From Leptogorgia sarmentosa (lineage: Eukaryota), in contig OZ210885.1 of NCBI GenBank assembly GCA_964658305.1, positions 8,742,001 through 8,806,000 on the forward strand: 64,000 bases of DNA. The letters run 5' to 3'. Every line of letters starts with the position of its first letter. The first letter of the stretch is position 1. Below are positions 50,884 through 63,224 of this stretch, one piece after another. A model generated the notes under the pieces. That model saw only the letters and a program-made list of their open reading frames with translations, was not told where the DNA came from and did no database searches. Made by a program: the position numbers and the translations under genes.

Positions 50884-50955
50884 TCCCATGTGGTCTAGTG
50901 GTTAGGATCTGGCGTTTTCACCGCCATGACCCGGGTTCGATTCCCGGCGTGGGAA
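50884..50955 (+). tRNA. trnE: tRNA-Glu(TTC)
   Basis: Inverted duplicate of 43424; essentially intact. Confidence 0.9.
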
Positions 50956-52177
50956 TTTTTTCTGACAATTTCTATTTGGGAAAGTTTGTCTTCACATATT
51001 CAAACTCGCCCGAGACTGGGATTAGATTCCCGGCAAACGCAGAATATTATCATTCTGACGAATTTAAATTTCAAATGCAACACGAGAAAAACGTAGATTT
51101 GTGACAAAGACATGATCTAATAATTTTATCCAGGAAAGTAAAATTAATATTTTCTGATATCACCGTCACTTATGAAAACTATTTGATAGCCGCAAACTAT
51201 TTGACTGTGGACAGAATTTTTGCATTGGTTTATAAATTCTTGATTTTTACTCTTTATAATTTTATTGGGAAAATGAGCTTTTAACAGAATATCCCTTTTG
51301 GAATTAATTTTACAAGCTCGTCTTCGCATTAATTTCGTTCTTGGATCAATTTATTTCAATTAACTCTGGATTAAAAAACGAAGGCGGAAGAGAAAGGTAA
51401 TAAAATTCGCAGAATTTTTAAAATATTCGAATGTCAAAAAGACTTGAACTCGGATCAATGGATTCAAAGTGCTAACCATTACACCACAGAACCTTAACAT
51501 AATCTTGACAAAGTTTCCCAATTCTTTAACGTTTCTTCCTTTCTTTCACAGCAAAAGGAACACTCTTCAATGGCGGACGTGGATATTTACTGAACACGAA
51601 TCGTTTATACAACGGGCCTGAAAGTGGCGAAACGTTCAATTCAACGGTGAAAAGTCGCCATTGCGCAATATGCTTCGCGCAAGAAGTCTTCCAGTCCGAA
51701 ACAATATTGGTATCATTCTTATCCTCTGGATACCCTCTATGTTTCAAGAAACAAATGAGCTTATGTTTTTGTCCTGGTCGCTTAAAAAACGGCGATTGTA
51801 TATATTGAAAATCGAACAAATGTACTTGCCAGAAATCCGTGTTGACATGACGTAATGCGTACGACAGCAAAATCGCAGGCAAATATCCCGAGTTGCACAT
51901 CTATGTATCCTTAATATACTAGTAGAAAAACATTCCATTTGTGTCACGTTCACAATATAATTTTTAATATATAAATATAAATTTAGCCATTCTGACTTTG
52001 ATTTTTATAATCGATTATTAATACAATTCTTCAGTCATTGATTTAAATTTACAATTATAGGTAATATTTAATAATAATACAAATATTCACTGATTTAAGC
52101 TTTAAAGCTTATAATAGATTATTAATAACAATACAAATCTTTACCAGCTACCAATGTCCCGCATGTTTATTTTCGTT

Positions 52178-52481
52178 TTATAGTTGTGTGACTTTAAAGA
52201 ACTTTCTGTTCTTTCCCCTCTTTGAATTTCTGATGTCTCGGTTTCCAAATTTAACAGCGTAGTGTTGTATGCGCATTCGGACAAACAGTCTAAGGAGGTA
52301 TTCGCTGGGAAATTGGTCACAGCAGGGAGCCAAGAAGTTAGGTAAGAGATCAACCAGATGCTTGCCAATTCCACTCTTTGTCATAAGACGTGGAAAGTTT
52401 TGCATAAACAGATACTCGATTTTCTTAATGTATTTGAGACCTCCAAATAGGCCTTTGTTGTTGTTGTATGCTTTGAAATAT

Positions 52482-52516
<35 letters not shown>

Positions 52517-54665
52517 CAAGCTTCGTCAAATCTGACCGGTGATCCCTACAGAGCGCATTGCTCTATTAACAGGGTACCTAAATTTTTATACAACAATATT
52601 TAAAAGATAGTAGTTGTTTCGCTGTTCTCAGAACGATAACCGGAGCGATGAAGGACAAGTGAAATTTCCTAATAATAGCCTATTTCTAAACTTTTGTTAA
52701 TTCTGACAACAAAAGCCTGGAGTCGGTTGTATCAACCGATCCCAGATGGGTAAATTTAGGAAATATTCTGAATTCAGCGAATCAACCAGTCTATCTACTT
52801 ACAACACATTTTGTCTGCAAGACTAGACAATGGACGACATGAATGACATTTAACACATATAGTTTTAAACGTTTGTGGAACATCAATGTCGTATACTAGT
52901 TCGGTCATCTTATGGTAATAGTTCAAAAAGTATGATTTAAATTGACGAATGTTAACATCCGATCCACGGATATGCGACGGTAGACAGTTGAACACTCTAG
53001 GAAAATAAAATAGGTAAACAGTTTGCTAGAACTGTCCAGTTGGTCATCGTTTACCAATTCTTTCGAACAAATTTGGCACTGATGCTGTTGTAAGCCAGTA
53101 ACATGGGTGATTGCATTTTCCATTAGAAGGTTTTGCTCAACTGCGGGGAGCTGATAGTCAGGTTCGTTAACCTGGAATGGCTGGGATACTTTGTGTTCCT
53201 CTTCAATGTCATCCGGGACAATCTTTCCAGTTTTCCTGTAACCAACCAAGATGGCGTCTACATCTACACTGCAATTACCATTTAAATGCAGCAAATAGTT
53301 GTCAAAAAACAACTTCATGAATTCTCTCTTAAATTGCAATGGGGTAGGCGTATCACAATTGCCACCTTGCTGTCTGATTCAGCCGAAGAAGTTTTCCAAC
53401 GGATCCTGGTTGAGTCTTCTCGTGCATAAAAAGTTAGCCACTGGCTGAATGGTGTTCCTTATAAGGACTGTTCCATACAAAGTTATTTCCAAGACTCGTA
53501 AACAATTCAATGTGACATCTTTCTCAGTTTCCCGATCTTTGACTGTCATTTGTTTACCAAATAAGCAGGCATTTTTGATGAATTCGCAATGGTTGGATTC
53601 AGCTGTGACGGGTCTATTCAGTTCCTTGGTGTTCTTAAATGTCGAACTGTTCAAACAATCGAAAATGTCATCAATTTTCGAGGTGAATTTAGCATTTCCT
53701 GCTGCAGTTGCTGGAAATCAGCCACCACTCACTGCCATTATTAAGCCAGCTGAAACAGTGACTCAACACTTGTGTAGCAAATTTGACTTTCATTCTCCCG
53801 AAGTTATTTGGAGATATATGTGCCGTCTTGTCAGCTTTGGGCAACATCTGATTGCATTTTGCATAAAGTGATTCGATATCATTCCATAATGCAAGCTTCG
53901 TACTAAAATGAAAGTCATATTTAATCAAATTGTTTCTGATAGCTTTCACAATATGTGGTGTACCAAAAAGGAATATGATCCTCTTTTTGCCGTAGGTAAA
54001 AAATGGATTCTCGGGTGTAATGCCCATCTCTTTGACAAACTTCTGTAAATTGGACACAATGTCTGATATGATTGCCACGACATTCAGGCCAATGCTTTCT
54101 ACTTTCTCTATAATTCCAAACAGCTTTTCTTTAACAATGCTGCTGTCACATGCCTCGTTCACCAGGTAGTATGCAAGGGGGTGCTTCCAGTTATCGATTA
54201 TGCACGGGCCATGAAGACTATGGCCGATGTTGCTAAGGAATCATATCTATTGCTATCACCATAATCCTCGAGGCCAACCAGCTCATCAGTATTTGACTCA
54301 TAAGACAAATTTGTCTTAAAGGAAATTTCATCAAATGAGATTACACATTGTTTCCCTGCAGTACTCAAAGTGTTTACCTTCTGTGATATTGTATCCATCG
54401 CATAAGTTGTAAAACCTGGGCAATTCGGAATTCTTGATATCCACTTGAGTAATGTCGACTTTGTTGGCAGGCAGAAGAGGCTTGATATCACTTTATATGC
54501 CTTTCCACTCATGAGATAAACGGAAAGTGATAAACGACTCTTTGTTTTAGGCGATGAATTTTCGATCCTCTTTGTTAATGATTGCCCGCAATTGTTGGTG
54601 TGTTTGTTGACGATTAAATCTTGGAATGATAAATTCATTTGTGTTTTAAGTATTTGAAAATTCAC
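52178..54665 (-). pseudogene. P-element/THAP9-like transposase pseudogene
   Basis: Fragments CVISFDEISFKTNLSY, AIVFMAR, AIISD, PHIVKAIRNNL, MKVKFATQVLSH, LCTRRLNQDPLENFFG and a C-terminal LFVRMRI...KNRK. Contains stops and frameshifts. Confidence 0.88.
52481..53007 (-). mobile_element. 5'-truncated CR1-group LINE inserted in the transposase
   Basis: YFPRVFNCLP...ICVKCHSC ORF2 end, (TAAA)n tail, 5-bp aaata direct repeat on both sides. Confidence 0.8.
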
Positions 54666-55117
54666 TTTCACGTGGGGGGGGGGGGCTAACCCCCAAGGCA
54701 CTGACCAGTCGGTCTCAATACGTACAACAGGTGTCAAAATACAAAATCACGCAATAGAAGGATTAAATGCGTTGCTGAGCGAAGACCGACATATTATCTC
54801 GAGACCGACTGCATTCATAGCAATAAATTACAAAAAGAAAGGGATTATGCAGTTTACAAATGGTGTTATGCGGACAGGCGTTTTAACACCTTCCTTCTAA
54901 CAGATAACATGCTCTTAGAATGCTGGAAATGCCATTTCCAAGACCCAAATTTCATAATTTTCCCGCTGGGGGTGGGGAGCATGCCCCCTAGGTTTCTCGT
55001 GCCTTCCGCACCCGAGTCGGTCTCCATTATGATTTACACTCCCCCACCCCCCCACCCCCCCCCCCCCCCAAGCAAAATCGATATGTACACCCCTGGTCTG
55101 CCTACGTAATTGTGACA

Positions 55118-55398
55118 GACCTTTCTAAAATGTGTATTACCTAAATTTGCAAATTTGCAGGATCTGTTCCAGTGCTGGAAGCCGTGCTGGTGTTCGCAGT
55201 GCAATGTGCTACTGGTGATGGATCTAATGTAAAAAGTAGCGGATATTGACTCTATTGATTGTGGTATATAATTGTCTGTCTATATATTTGTGATAAACCT
55301 TTCTAAAATGTGTATTACGTGAATTTGAAGGATCTGTTCCTGTGCTGGAAGCCGTGCTGGTGTTCGCAGTGCAATGTGCTACTGGTGATGGATCTAAT
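55118..55398. repeat. Two direct copies of a ~100-bp unit
   Basis: ggatctgttcc.gtgctggaagccgtgctgg...gatggatctaat at 55160-55228 and 55330-55398. Confidence 0.85.
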
Positions 55399-55409
55399 CT
55401 GTGGCTCAG

Positions 55410-55968
55410 TAGTAAGGGTGGTATCACTGATCTCAAAATTATGGCAGGCTATAATGAAGAGCCGAAGCTTTTTAAAGCTTTTGGAAAGGCCAAAACAAAG
55501 ACAAGATCTACGCTGTAAGACTTGAAAAGCCTTCTTAGCAGATATAAAACGCTGAGAAAAGGGACGAAACGACTACGAATTGAAACACAAGATACGTTCG
55601 TCAATATATTGTCGACAGTAAACGTTTGTTTTGCGTATTTACTATCTACAGTCTACTATTTGTATGAAAGGTCGCCGTAGCGGCGTAGCCGTGGCTGCAT
55701 TTAATCTATTCACGGCTCAATTCCAGAGTATAAGTTTCTCTTTTTAAAAGGCAAGACTTCGCAAAATATTTACAAACTTTACCTCAAAAGAACACGAGCG
55801 AACATTGGCAGGAAATTGTTTCATATCAAAGACTGACTTGAATATTTAAAACGTATTTTTGACTGTTTTCAAAAAAATACTGTAACATGAATTTCCGATC
55901 GTGTTGCCATGCCAGCCTTTGAAGTACTTCATGTTCCAAAAATATAGTTGCATTAATTGGTTAGTAAG
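55410..55968 (+). repeat. Dispersed repeat family copy C (internally deleted)
   Basis: Matches 23820-25200 without the nested insertion. Confidence 0.8.
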
Positions 55969-56452
55969 TTTAGAATAGTAAATTTAGAATAACGCTAAAC
56001 AAACTTACTCTTGCTCTTACTCTTATGGCTTGACAAGCAGGCGTATCCGAGAACAGTGTCGGAGAAAAGCGAAAGGTAACATGAAAATACTCAATATCGG
56101 TAACCCACGTCAAAGACGACCAAGAGTCGCAACACCAAAAAGAGTGATATTTTGGCACCACATTTCGAGTTTTTAATTTTAACTCCACTAAGGAGGTACG
56201 GTGTTAAAATAACACCCTAAAATAACTTCTAAAATCGACGGGGTACAAAAATGTGAGTAATATTTGTTACAGAAACGTTACATGTTTGCTACAGTTCCTG
56301 ACTCGAAAGGGAAGAAAACAATTTTTCATTTCATGGGCACAGGGAAGATTTTTTCATTATACAAAGATACATACATACAAACTGCTAGTAAATACACATT
56401 GTCTGAATGAACATGCCAAATGTTTCTGAAACGAACATGCCACCTCGGCGTC

Positions 56453-56855
56453 GCAATTTTCCCTTTCGTAAACGGTCGTTGCCTTCCCAAACGGTCGATG
56501 CCTTCCTGCTCTCTTTTTACTTAGTTTACGACAAATTTAAAAACTTGAAATACGCTTAATCCCCAACCCAAACCCTAAAATACTAACCCTAACCATAAAA
56601 GTCGGAAAAATATTGAAAAAAAAAGTTATAAGTTGAAATCACTAACGCGAAAAAAAAGTGTCGAGCCGGGGTTTGAACTACAAAACTACAACGCACGCAC
56701 AGCGTGCCTAACCGCCTGAGCTAATTTCGAGCTCGCTGAAAAGTATCGAAAACAAATATATTTATAGTGGAAATGCATTATGTAACATTTAAAATGCGAG
56801 CAGGGAAGGCATCGACCGTTTTGGGAGGCAACGACCGTTTACGAAAGGGAAAATA
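56453..56855. mobile_element. MITE with ~55-bp TIRs (Mutator-like)
   Basis: ttttccctttcgtaaacggtcgttgcc / ggcaacgaccgtttacgaaagggaaaa; flanking direct repeat acctcggcgtc. Confidence 0.7.
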
Positions 56856-57396
56856 ACCTCGGCGTCTCCCTTTTGGCACAACCAACCGAAGCGCAATCCG
56901 AGTTTCCTTCTGATCTCTATGTGTGTCTGCTGTCTACCATTTCCGCACTCACGCACCGGTCGTGAAAGATCGCTACGCGGCAACTAGGTGAGCGAGCGCA
57001 TGAAAAAAGCAGTGAAGAGAAAGTTCGCCGGCAACGTTGTCTGCCTGGAGATAAAACAACCACGTTGGTTTCAACCAGTGATGTTTGTTCAGAGCCCGCG
57101 CGCTAAATTCTTCGCATTAAGATTATCACTAAAAAACGTTCTAAAAAATAAGAACATTAAGATTGTTATAAAACTACTCTTTTGTTGTATCATCTGTGAA
57201 GCGATGTATAGTTTTAGTTAATTGAGCCATTCCTTCAAAGAACAAAGCTAGTGATAAAAACCTTGACGACGTAAAATCACGCATGCGCTAATCTTAAGCA
57301 CGTATTCCGCGTCCCGTAATCTTAAGCACGCTTTTCAGAGTTAAAATATGGCTCGGAATAGCAAGTGAATCGCCTCCGGGCGAAGAGTTGAAGACG

Positions 57397-57458
57397 AAGA
57401 ATCGAAGAATCGAAGAATCGAAGAATCGAAGAATCAAAGAGTCGAAGAGTTGAAGAGT
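57397..57458. repeat. (GAAGAATC)n minisatellite
   Basis: About 8 units, degenerating towards the 3' end. Confidence 0.85.
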
Positions 57459-58889
57459 GCTGTCAATCCGTGTGTTCGTGCATCGTTTGGCCTTGATTTT
57501 GGCAGCAGTACTCTTCGTGTTCGTGCCTGTTTGCGGGGCCCTCTAGGGGGTAACGCTAAGGCGGTGGTCTTTACTTCCAACCTTGCTGCGTGCTTCTGTT
57601 GTTAGGTTGAGGTGCTTGACTGAAACCTGACGTCTCGGTTCCTCTTATCTTTTGTCAGTGTTTCGAGAATTTAAGTCCTCGTTTCCTACGTATGGTGTGG
57701 GCCATAGCGTACTCAGTTAATAAGTTTTTTCGAGATGGGGATCTCGTTTAAGCTTACATTAGGGGCAAGACATTGGACAGTCAGTGATATGCACACAGTT
57801 ATTTCAGCACCAAAAATTAGTAGTGTTTTTTTTTTTGCGATACTGGGATCTCGTTTACATTAGGACACTTTTACGATGATAAGATGATACGAAGTGAGAA
57901 TGACGTAGTATAATCGTAAATCCGAGCAATCTCAAAGTTCCTGGGCAAGATATATTTTTTCGTGATACCATGATACGAAGTGAGAATACGTTTTACCTCA
58001 TAAAAATTAGGCAAAACGATGGGAATTTTTGATCGTTTTTTCGGTATTTCCGTACTGCAGGTTAGCGACCGCTCAGGAACCAATCAGAATGCCGCTCAGA
58101 ACGGGACCGCTCTGAACACTTGCCATATAATAAATTTAGTTATGTACATCGAAGCAACAAAACGGTGTGGCACGGCTGATTGGATGTACCTCAGTCTATG
58201 CAATTTTCTCCAAAAATACCTACCCTTAAAACATTCTTTCACATCTGGCAATTCATTCAAATAACCACATGGTCTTGCTATTTGGTACACTCTGAGAACA
58301 AGATCTGGAAACAAATTAAGGAAATATTCTTGAGGATTACCAACTTTTATTGCTTCGGGTTCAGTTCTTGGCAGTTCATTCCAATGTTGGTTGACATTAC
58401 GAAATAGCCGTAAACAGTCCGTCCACGATGAGCTGTAGGTGAATGATATCTTCATCAAGTGATTATAAGTTAAGTCGCTGTCAATCCGAGTTCTCCAATC
58501 TGAACTGTGCTGATTCAACTGTTTTACAAACCGGGCGGCCATCATCTTCCGGAACCTATTTGGCGCGAGAAGGTTCCTGCACTGGTGGTACACGTGTTGG
58601 GTGTTGCACCGATGGCTTTTTCTTTTTTTTACGCCTTTTTTTTCCGAGTTGGAGCGACCATGTCGATACCACTGAACAACTCCAAGTCTAGTACCTTTAC
58701 AAAGAAAAATATGGATGAATTCAGGAATATGGTTTAGCTCAGTGCACACATAAGTATCGCTGCAAAAGAGTTGAATTATGAAATTCATTCTCATGAACTT
58801 CAGTAACCTTTCCAATAACGGGTCTTTTGTTGTAATTGCTGATGTTGACTGCAACAAGTACACCAGGACAACGGGCATCCAGAAAGTTA

Positions 58890-59220
58890 TCGTCATCAGT
58901 ATGGTTGGCGTCTTTCTAACTCTGCAAATCATGTTGTAGTTAAAAGTTTCTCTGGTGCTACTGTTAATGACACGGAAGATTATTTAAAGGTGGTGAAGGT
59001 ATTAAAAACCTAGGCACCCAAATTAAAGAAGAATCCCCAGCAACCAGCATTGTGATCTCAAATATATTGCCAAGATCAGATAATGCAGATTTATCAACAA
59101 AAGCATTAGAAGTAAATACGTAGACTTACTAAATCAATTTGCTCCAAAAACAAATTATTTTTATTGAACATAAAACGGTGAACAAATCATGCCTTAATTC
59201 ACGTAGCTTGCATTTAAATT
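58890..59220 (+). pseudogene. CR1/L2 LINE ORF1 SGNH-esterase remnant
   Basis: GWRLSNSANHVVVKSFSGATVNDTEDYLK ... IVISNILPRSD ... CLNSRSLHLN, frameshifted. Confidence 0.75.
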
Positions 59221-60781
59221 CGAGACTGGGATCTCTGTTAAGCTTACTTTAGGATACTTACGCGGATACGAACGTGAGGAAGGCTCTAATCCATCTTACT
59301 ATAGCTGAGCGTACGTTCAATTTTTGCAACTACTAGGCGATTATATAGTGATGATCCACTAAGTCGAATTTACTATAATACGGAAAGTCGGAAAGAATTC
59401 TCCGACTCAAACCCACGTGTAAAAAATACTCAAAATTTCCAACCTTATTTATAAATGTTATTACAGAAGAAGGTATCTTTTCCAAATCTGAAATGTTGAA
59501 CAGTCATTTCCGCATGTGAATAAATAAGTTGCCTAACGTCCCACAAACGAAGATACGGGGAAAGGACGATAAACCATCCCTAATGATGATCTCTGCATGT
59601 TCATCTTTCTATAAACAGGCATATAAAGAAAAATATATAAGTAATATAATGCACTGAACTAATATTAATTGCGAGTTACATACCTAGAGTTTGCTATTAA
59701 ATTTTAATTACATAAGAGCCAATCAACGAGGCCTGAAATATCTACTTTAGATTATTGTACTTGGACAAAGCAAAGGTGAAATAATGATTTATACACAACT
59801 CAATGTTTGAACATTTCTAAAGATTATTCAGTTTTTAAAATGAACATGTCCAAACCTTAGCAAAATACGTTAACAAAACAAATATATTTAACTAGAATCA
59901 TGAAAAAGTGTATGGACAACAACATGCATTGATTTTTGTAACGCCTGCGTACATGTTTTCTTCACAAAACGTATAAACATTTGACTTTCTGAAGATGACG
60001 TGAAAACCACCTGAATGATCTTATTAGTTCAACTGCTAATGTACTCGGGAAAGAGATAGTGAAATAAGTAAATTGTGATTTTCAATAGCATGGGCAAAAA
60101 AACTCGTACTTACGCTTTCACCAATAATGACTGAAGTCACTGAACATAAATTCTCCACTCCGAGCACTTTTTCATCCCAAATTGCTTTGCAAGCAACTTT
60201 CTGCATAATGTTATCTGTAATGTAACAATTTGTCTTCATGAATGGTTTTTTAAAACCACATAGAATTTCATGAACATAGCTAGGAAACAATATCAAACAG
60301 CCTTAAGCAGTTCTTACACAAATTTAAAGTATGGTTAATGTGTGAAATACTGTATTATCTAAGAAAGTTAATAGTACATAAGGTACATGCTAAAGCTTCT
60401 TTTTGATACACTGGATCTGTTTGTGGACTTAGAATTACTATTATTTGTAATGATTCTTAATTTTACCTGATAATAGTTGAACTTTAACCCATGTTTCTGT
60501 CTTCGTTCGTCAGTTGAGAAAACGCTTCTCGTCTATGATTTCCTCCAATGACTTCGCATGCGTATTCACCATTATGCACCTTTCTTTTATCGAAGGCATC
60601 TCTTGTTGCGACATCTCTCACAATAGCAATTAAACGTTCACAAATGTGCTACAACGGTCTGTAATTTCAATCTTGAGCATCTCTCACTGTAAAAACACAT
60701 TGGTTGAAATGACCAAAAAAAACACCTGGATGCATCTGGGAGAACCAATAAAAATTGGTCGTTTTTACCAATACAAGACAC

Positions 60782-61618
60782 CTACTCAGGTGTTAACTCC
60801 GCCATGTTTTGCGCTGACCACTGAGCTATAATGCTAACTAAATCACTTGATTCAAGTATTGAACCATTACAATACAAATAAATCAGAGAACATAAACTCA
60901 TAGGCACACATTGGCGTCCTGCATTTTCGCCAAAGACCTCAATATTACCTTGGCAATAAGGTGCATGAATAGTTTGACTAGGAATATTGTAAGTAGGTCC
61001 TGGGTTAACTTCAATGTCTCCACAAAAGGTTAATTTGCAATAATTTATTTTGTGACAATGTCTTGAATTCTTGTAGGTACTTTTTTCTCTTCTATCCACA
61101 TCTATTACATTGTGGTAAAATTCCTTTTGTTTTTGCTTGTTTTTATAATTAAACTTTATACGTGCTGAGCTTCTAACTGAAGCTGAGGTGTTACAATTTA
61201 GTTTCACTCTAATAAATTGATTAAAACAATTGTTACTTATAACTCTCTGATGTTCATGATTAAAAACTTGTACATAGTGAATAACATGAGTTGTTGGTAT
61301 ATTTCTCTTCATTTTTTGCCAAAAGGTTCTTCGTAACTTTCTACTCTTCCTTACTGGACGACAGAGTTGCTTGGTTGGAGTTCTGCTTGAGTCTTGATCA
61401 CAAGTATAGTGCTGATTTAAATGAGGATTGTATTCAGATTCCTTGCATATTAACTGACTTTGATTAAATGTGAATTTTACATAACAAGATCGTCTAGATC
61501 TGCTTTTCATATTGGATTTCATACTTTTGGAATTCATAGCATTCAAATTTAAGTTGTCATTTATAGTTAGGTCATGTATAGTTGAGTCATTTATGGTCAT
61601 GGTTGGTGAAGTTGGCAT
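60782..61618 (-). CDS. ORF with a 2A-like motif followed by a truncated herpes-tegument-like cysteine protease domain (probably Helitron/Helentron-derived)
   Basis: KLTFCGDIEVNPGP, then APYCQGNIEVFGENAGRQCVPMSLCSLIY; similarity ends abruptly after SSDLVSI. Confidence 0.6.
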   Translation of the reverse strand: MPTSPTMTINDSTIHDLTINDNLNLNAMNSKSMKSNMKSRSRRSCYVKFTFNQSQLICKESEYNPHLNQHYTCDQDSSRTPTKQLCRPVRKSRKLRRTFWQKMKRNIPTTHVIHYVQVFNHEHQRVISNNCFNQFIRVKLNCNTSASVRSSARIKFNYKNKQKQKEFYHNVIDVDRREKSTYKNSRHCHKINYCKLTFCGDIEVNPGPTYNIPSQTIHAPYCQGNIEVFGENAGRQCVPMSLCSLIYLYCNGSILESSDLVSIIAQWSAQNMAELTPE

Positions 61619-61697
61619 TCATATTAGCTAAGTTGGCATTCATAGTTATGTTGACATTCAATGGTGAAAAAACATTGGCACATGTCAACAACTTGGT

Positions 61698-61758
61698 TTA
61701 AAGAACCAATTCAATTTCAATTGATTCCTCAAGAATCTGCAGATGACCAGTATTACAC
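61698..61758 (-). CDS. Putative last exon of an unknown spliced gene
   Basis: cgcag acceptor, phase 2; encodes CNTGHLQILEESIEIELVL*. Confidence 0.4.
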
Positions 61759-62200
61759 CTGCGCTATAAAACAATACACATCAGTGAGCATATGCATACA
61801 TATGGTATTATTTATTAAAAGATATACAATATTTAATTAAATACAATAAAATGTATAATTTATATATAGAAAACATGCAATACATACTTTACAATAAAAC
61901 TATACTGTATTATTAAGCACACAGTATATATATCAACTATAGAAAGTTCCATTTCATTAATGACAAAAAATGTTCAACATTTAGTTGGCACAGCACTTAC
62001 TACAAGTGACTGTGAAAAAAGAATGGAACATTGGATAACTTACAAGTGAAAAAAGAATGGAACATTGGATGGATGGACATTCTAATTAACTATACATTAC
62101 TTTGGATATCTGCTAAAGTCAGCTTTTTAAGAGTTGCAGAATGCAATAGTTCATAGCTACAGTTTGAAAGTATTGTACAATATACATGTATTATATTTAC

Positions 62201-62301
62201 CTCTGCTTGGCTTCATTCCATAAAGTACAGTCAGTGTACTTCACAAAATAGTTTTGTAAAGCCCTCATTTCCTTCAAGCGACATAGCTTCTTTTCCGTCT
62301 C
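62201..62301 (-). CDS. Putative middle exon of an unknown spliced gene
   Basis: cttcag acceptor, gtaaat donor, phase 0/2; encodes ETEKKLCRLKEMRALQNYFVKY. Confidence 0.45.
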
Positions 62302-62632
62302 CTGAAGACTCGTGTCACTGTCTCGTTCGTCACTCGGAATACTCGAAATATAGAGAAGGTTCTCTTGCGTTGTGTTATACTAGTATACGACGATAACGAG
62401 AACTAAAGCGTACAGGTTCTTTCGATAGAATCACAGACGATCTATACCATAGTTTTGAACATGTATTATTTACACAACAACGTTAACATACACTAAACTA
62501 GAAGGCCAGTGCATTAATACTATCTATATACAAACAAATTATCCATTATCCTAAATGTCCCAGTTATCCCAGTGCAAGTGTAATTTTATCCTCTCAGGTT
62601 CTATATAGTTATCAGTGCAAAATTAATTATAC

Positions 62633-62905
62633 TAGTGTCAATTCTCGACAGTCACCAGCAAGAACACACTGTAAGTTCTTTAACAGGTCTTCCTTCTTCA
62701 GCTTACCACATAAATATTTCACCCTTGCGTAAAGGAATGAGATATGTGATGATTTGTATTTTGCATCCCCTTTCAAATCTTTTTTTGACAATTTCTGTCC
62801 TTTTAACTTGAATGCTCTGTACATTGTCATGCACTCCATCACAGCATGATAAACTTCATCATCCAGTTCATTGGCAACAAAAAGCACATTTGAAAGCACA
62901 GTTTC
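62633..62905 (-). CDS. Putative exon of an unknown spliced gene
   Basis: tctttacag acceptor, gtataa donor, 91 codons ETVLSNVLFVANELDDEVYHAVMEC... Confidence 0.5.
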
Positions 62906-63224
62906 CTGTAAAGACAAAAGAATTACAGATTTATTTTATGACTTATAATTAAAAAATTATATGGCCACAAAAAACACTTTTAACAAACACTTTCCTTTCA
63001 AGATTTAAATTTTAGTATGGAAATTTTGAAAACATTCGTAAGAAAAGTCCTAAATTATATGTGGCTATAGGAGGTGACTAACTGAATTACATTCTTCTGA
63101 AAATTCTCGAAGAAAATTCTGTATCCCTGGCGTCTGGATAAGCTCTGGCAGTGGTGTCGGCGCAATTTTATTGACGGTGGGGTTTTCGAATTTTGACGGT
63201 GGAGTTTGGCTGCGAATTTAAAGT

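Larger units (their letters stand above)
50399..51603 (-). repeat. Inverted segmental duplicate of about 42758-43980
   Basis: Continuous reverse-complement match across spacers and tRNAs. Confidence 0.85.

Noticed and set aside
34100..51603. Selenocysteine or suppressor tRNA
   Set aside because: No TCA, CTA or TTA anticodon among the genes I could parse.
52141..52374. ORF first read as a LINE 3' end
   Set aside because: The overlapping frame (52178-52405) is the P-transposase C-terminus.
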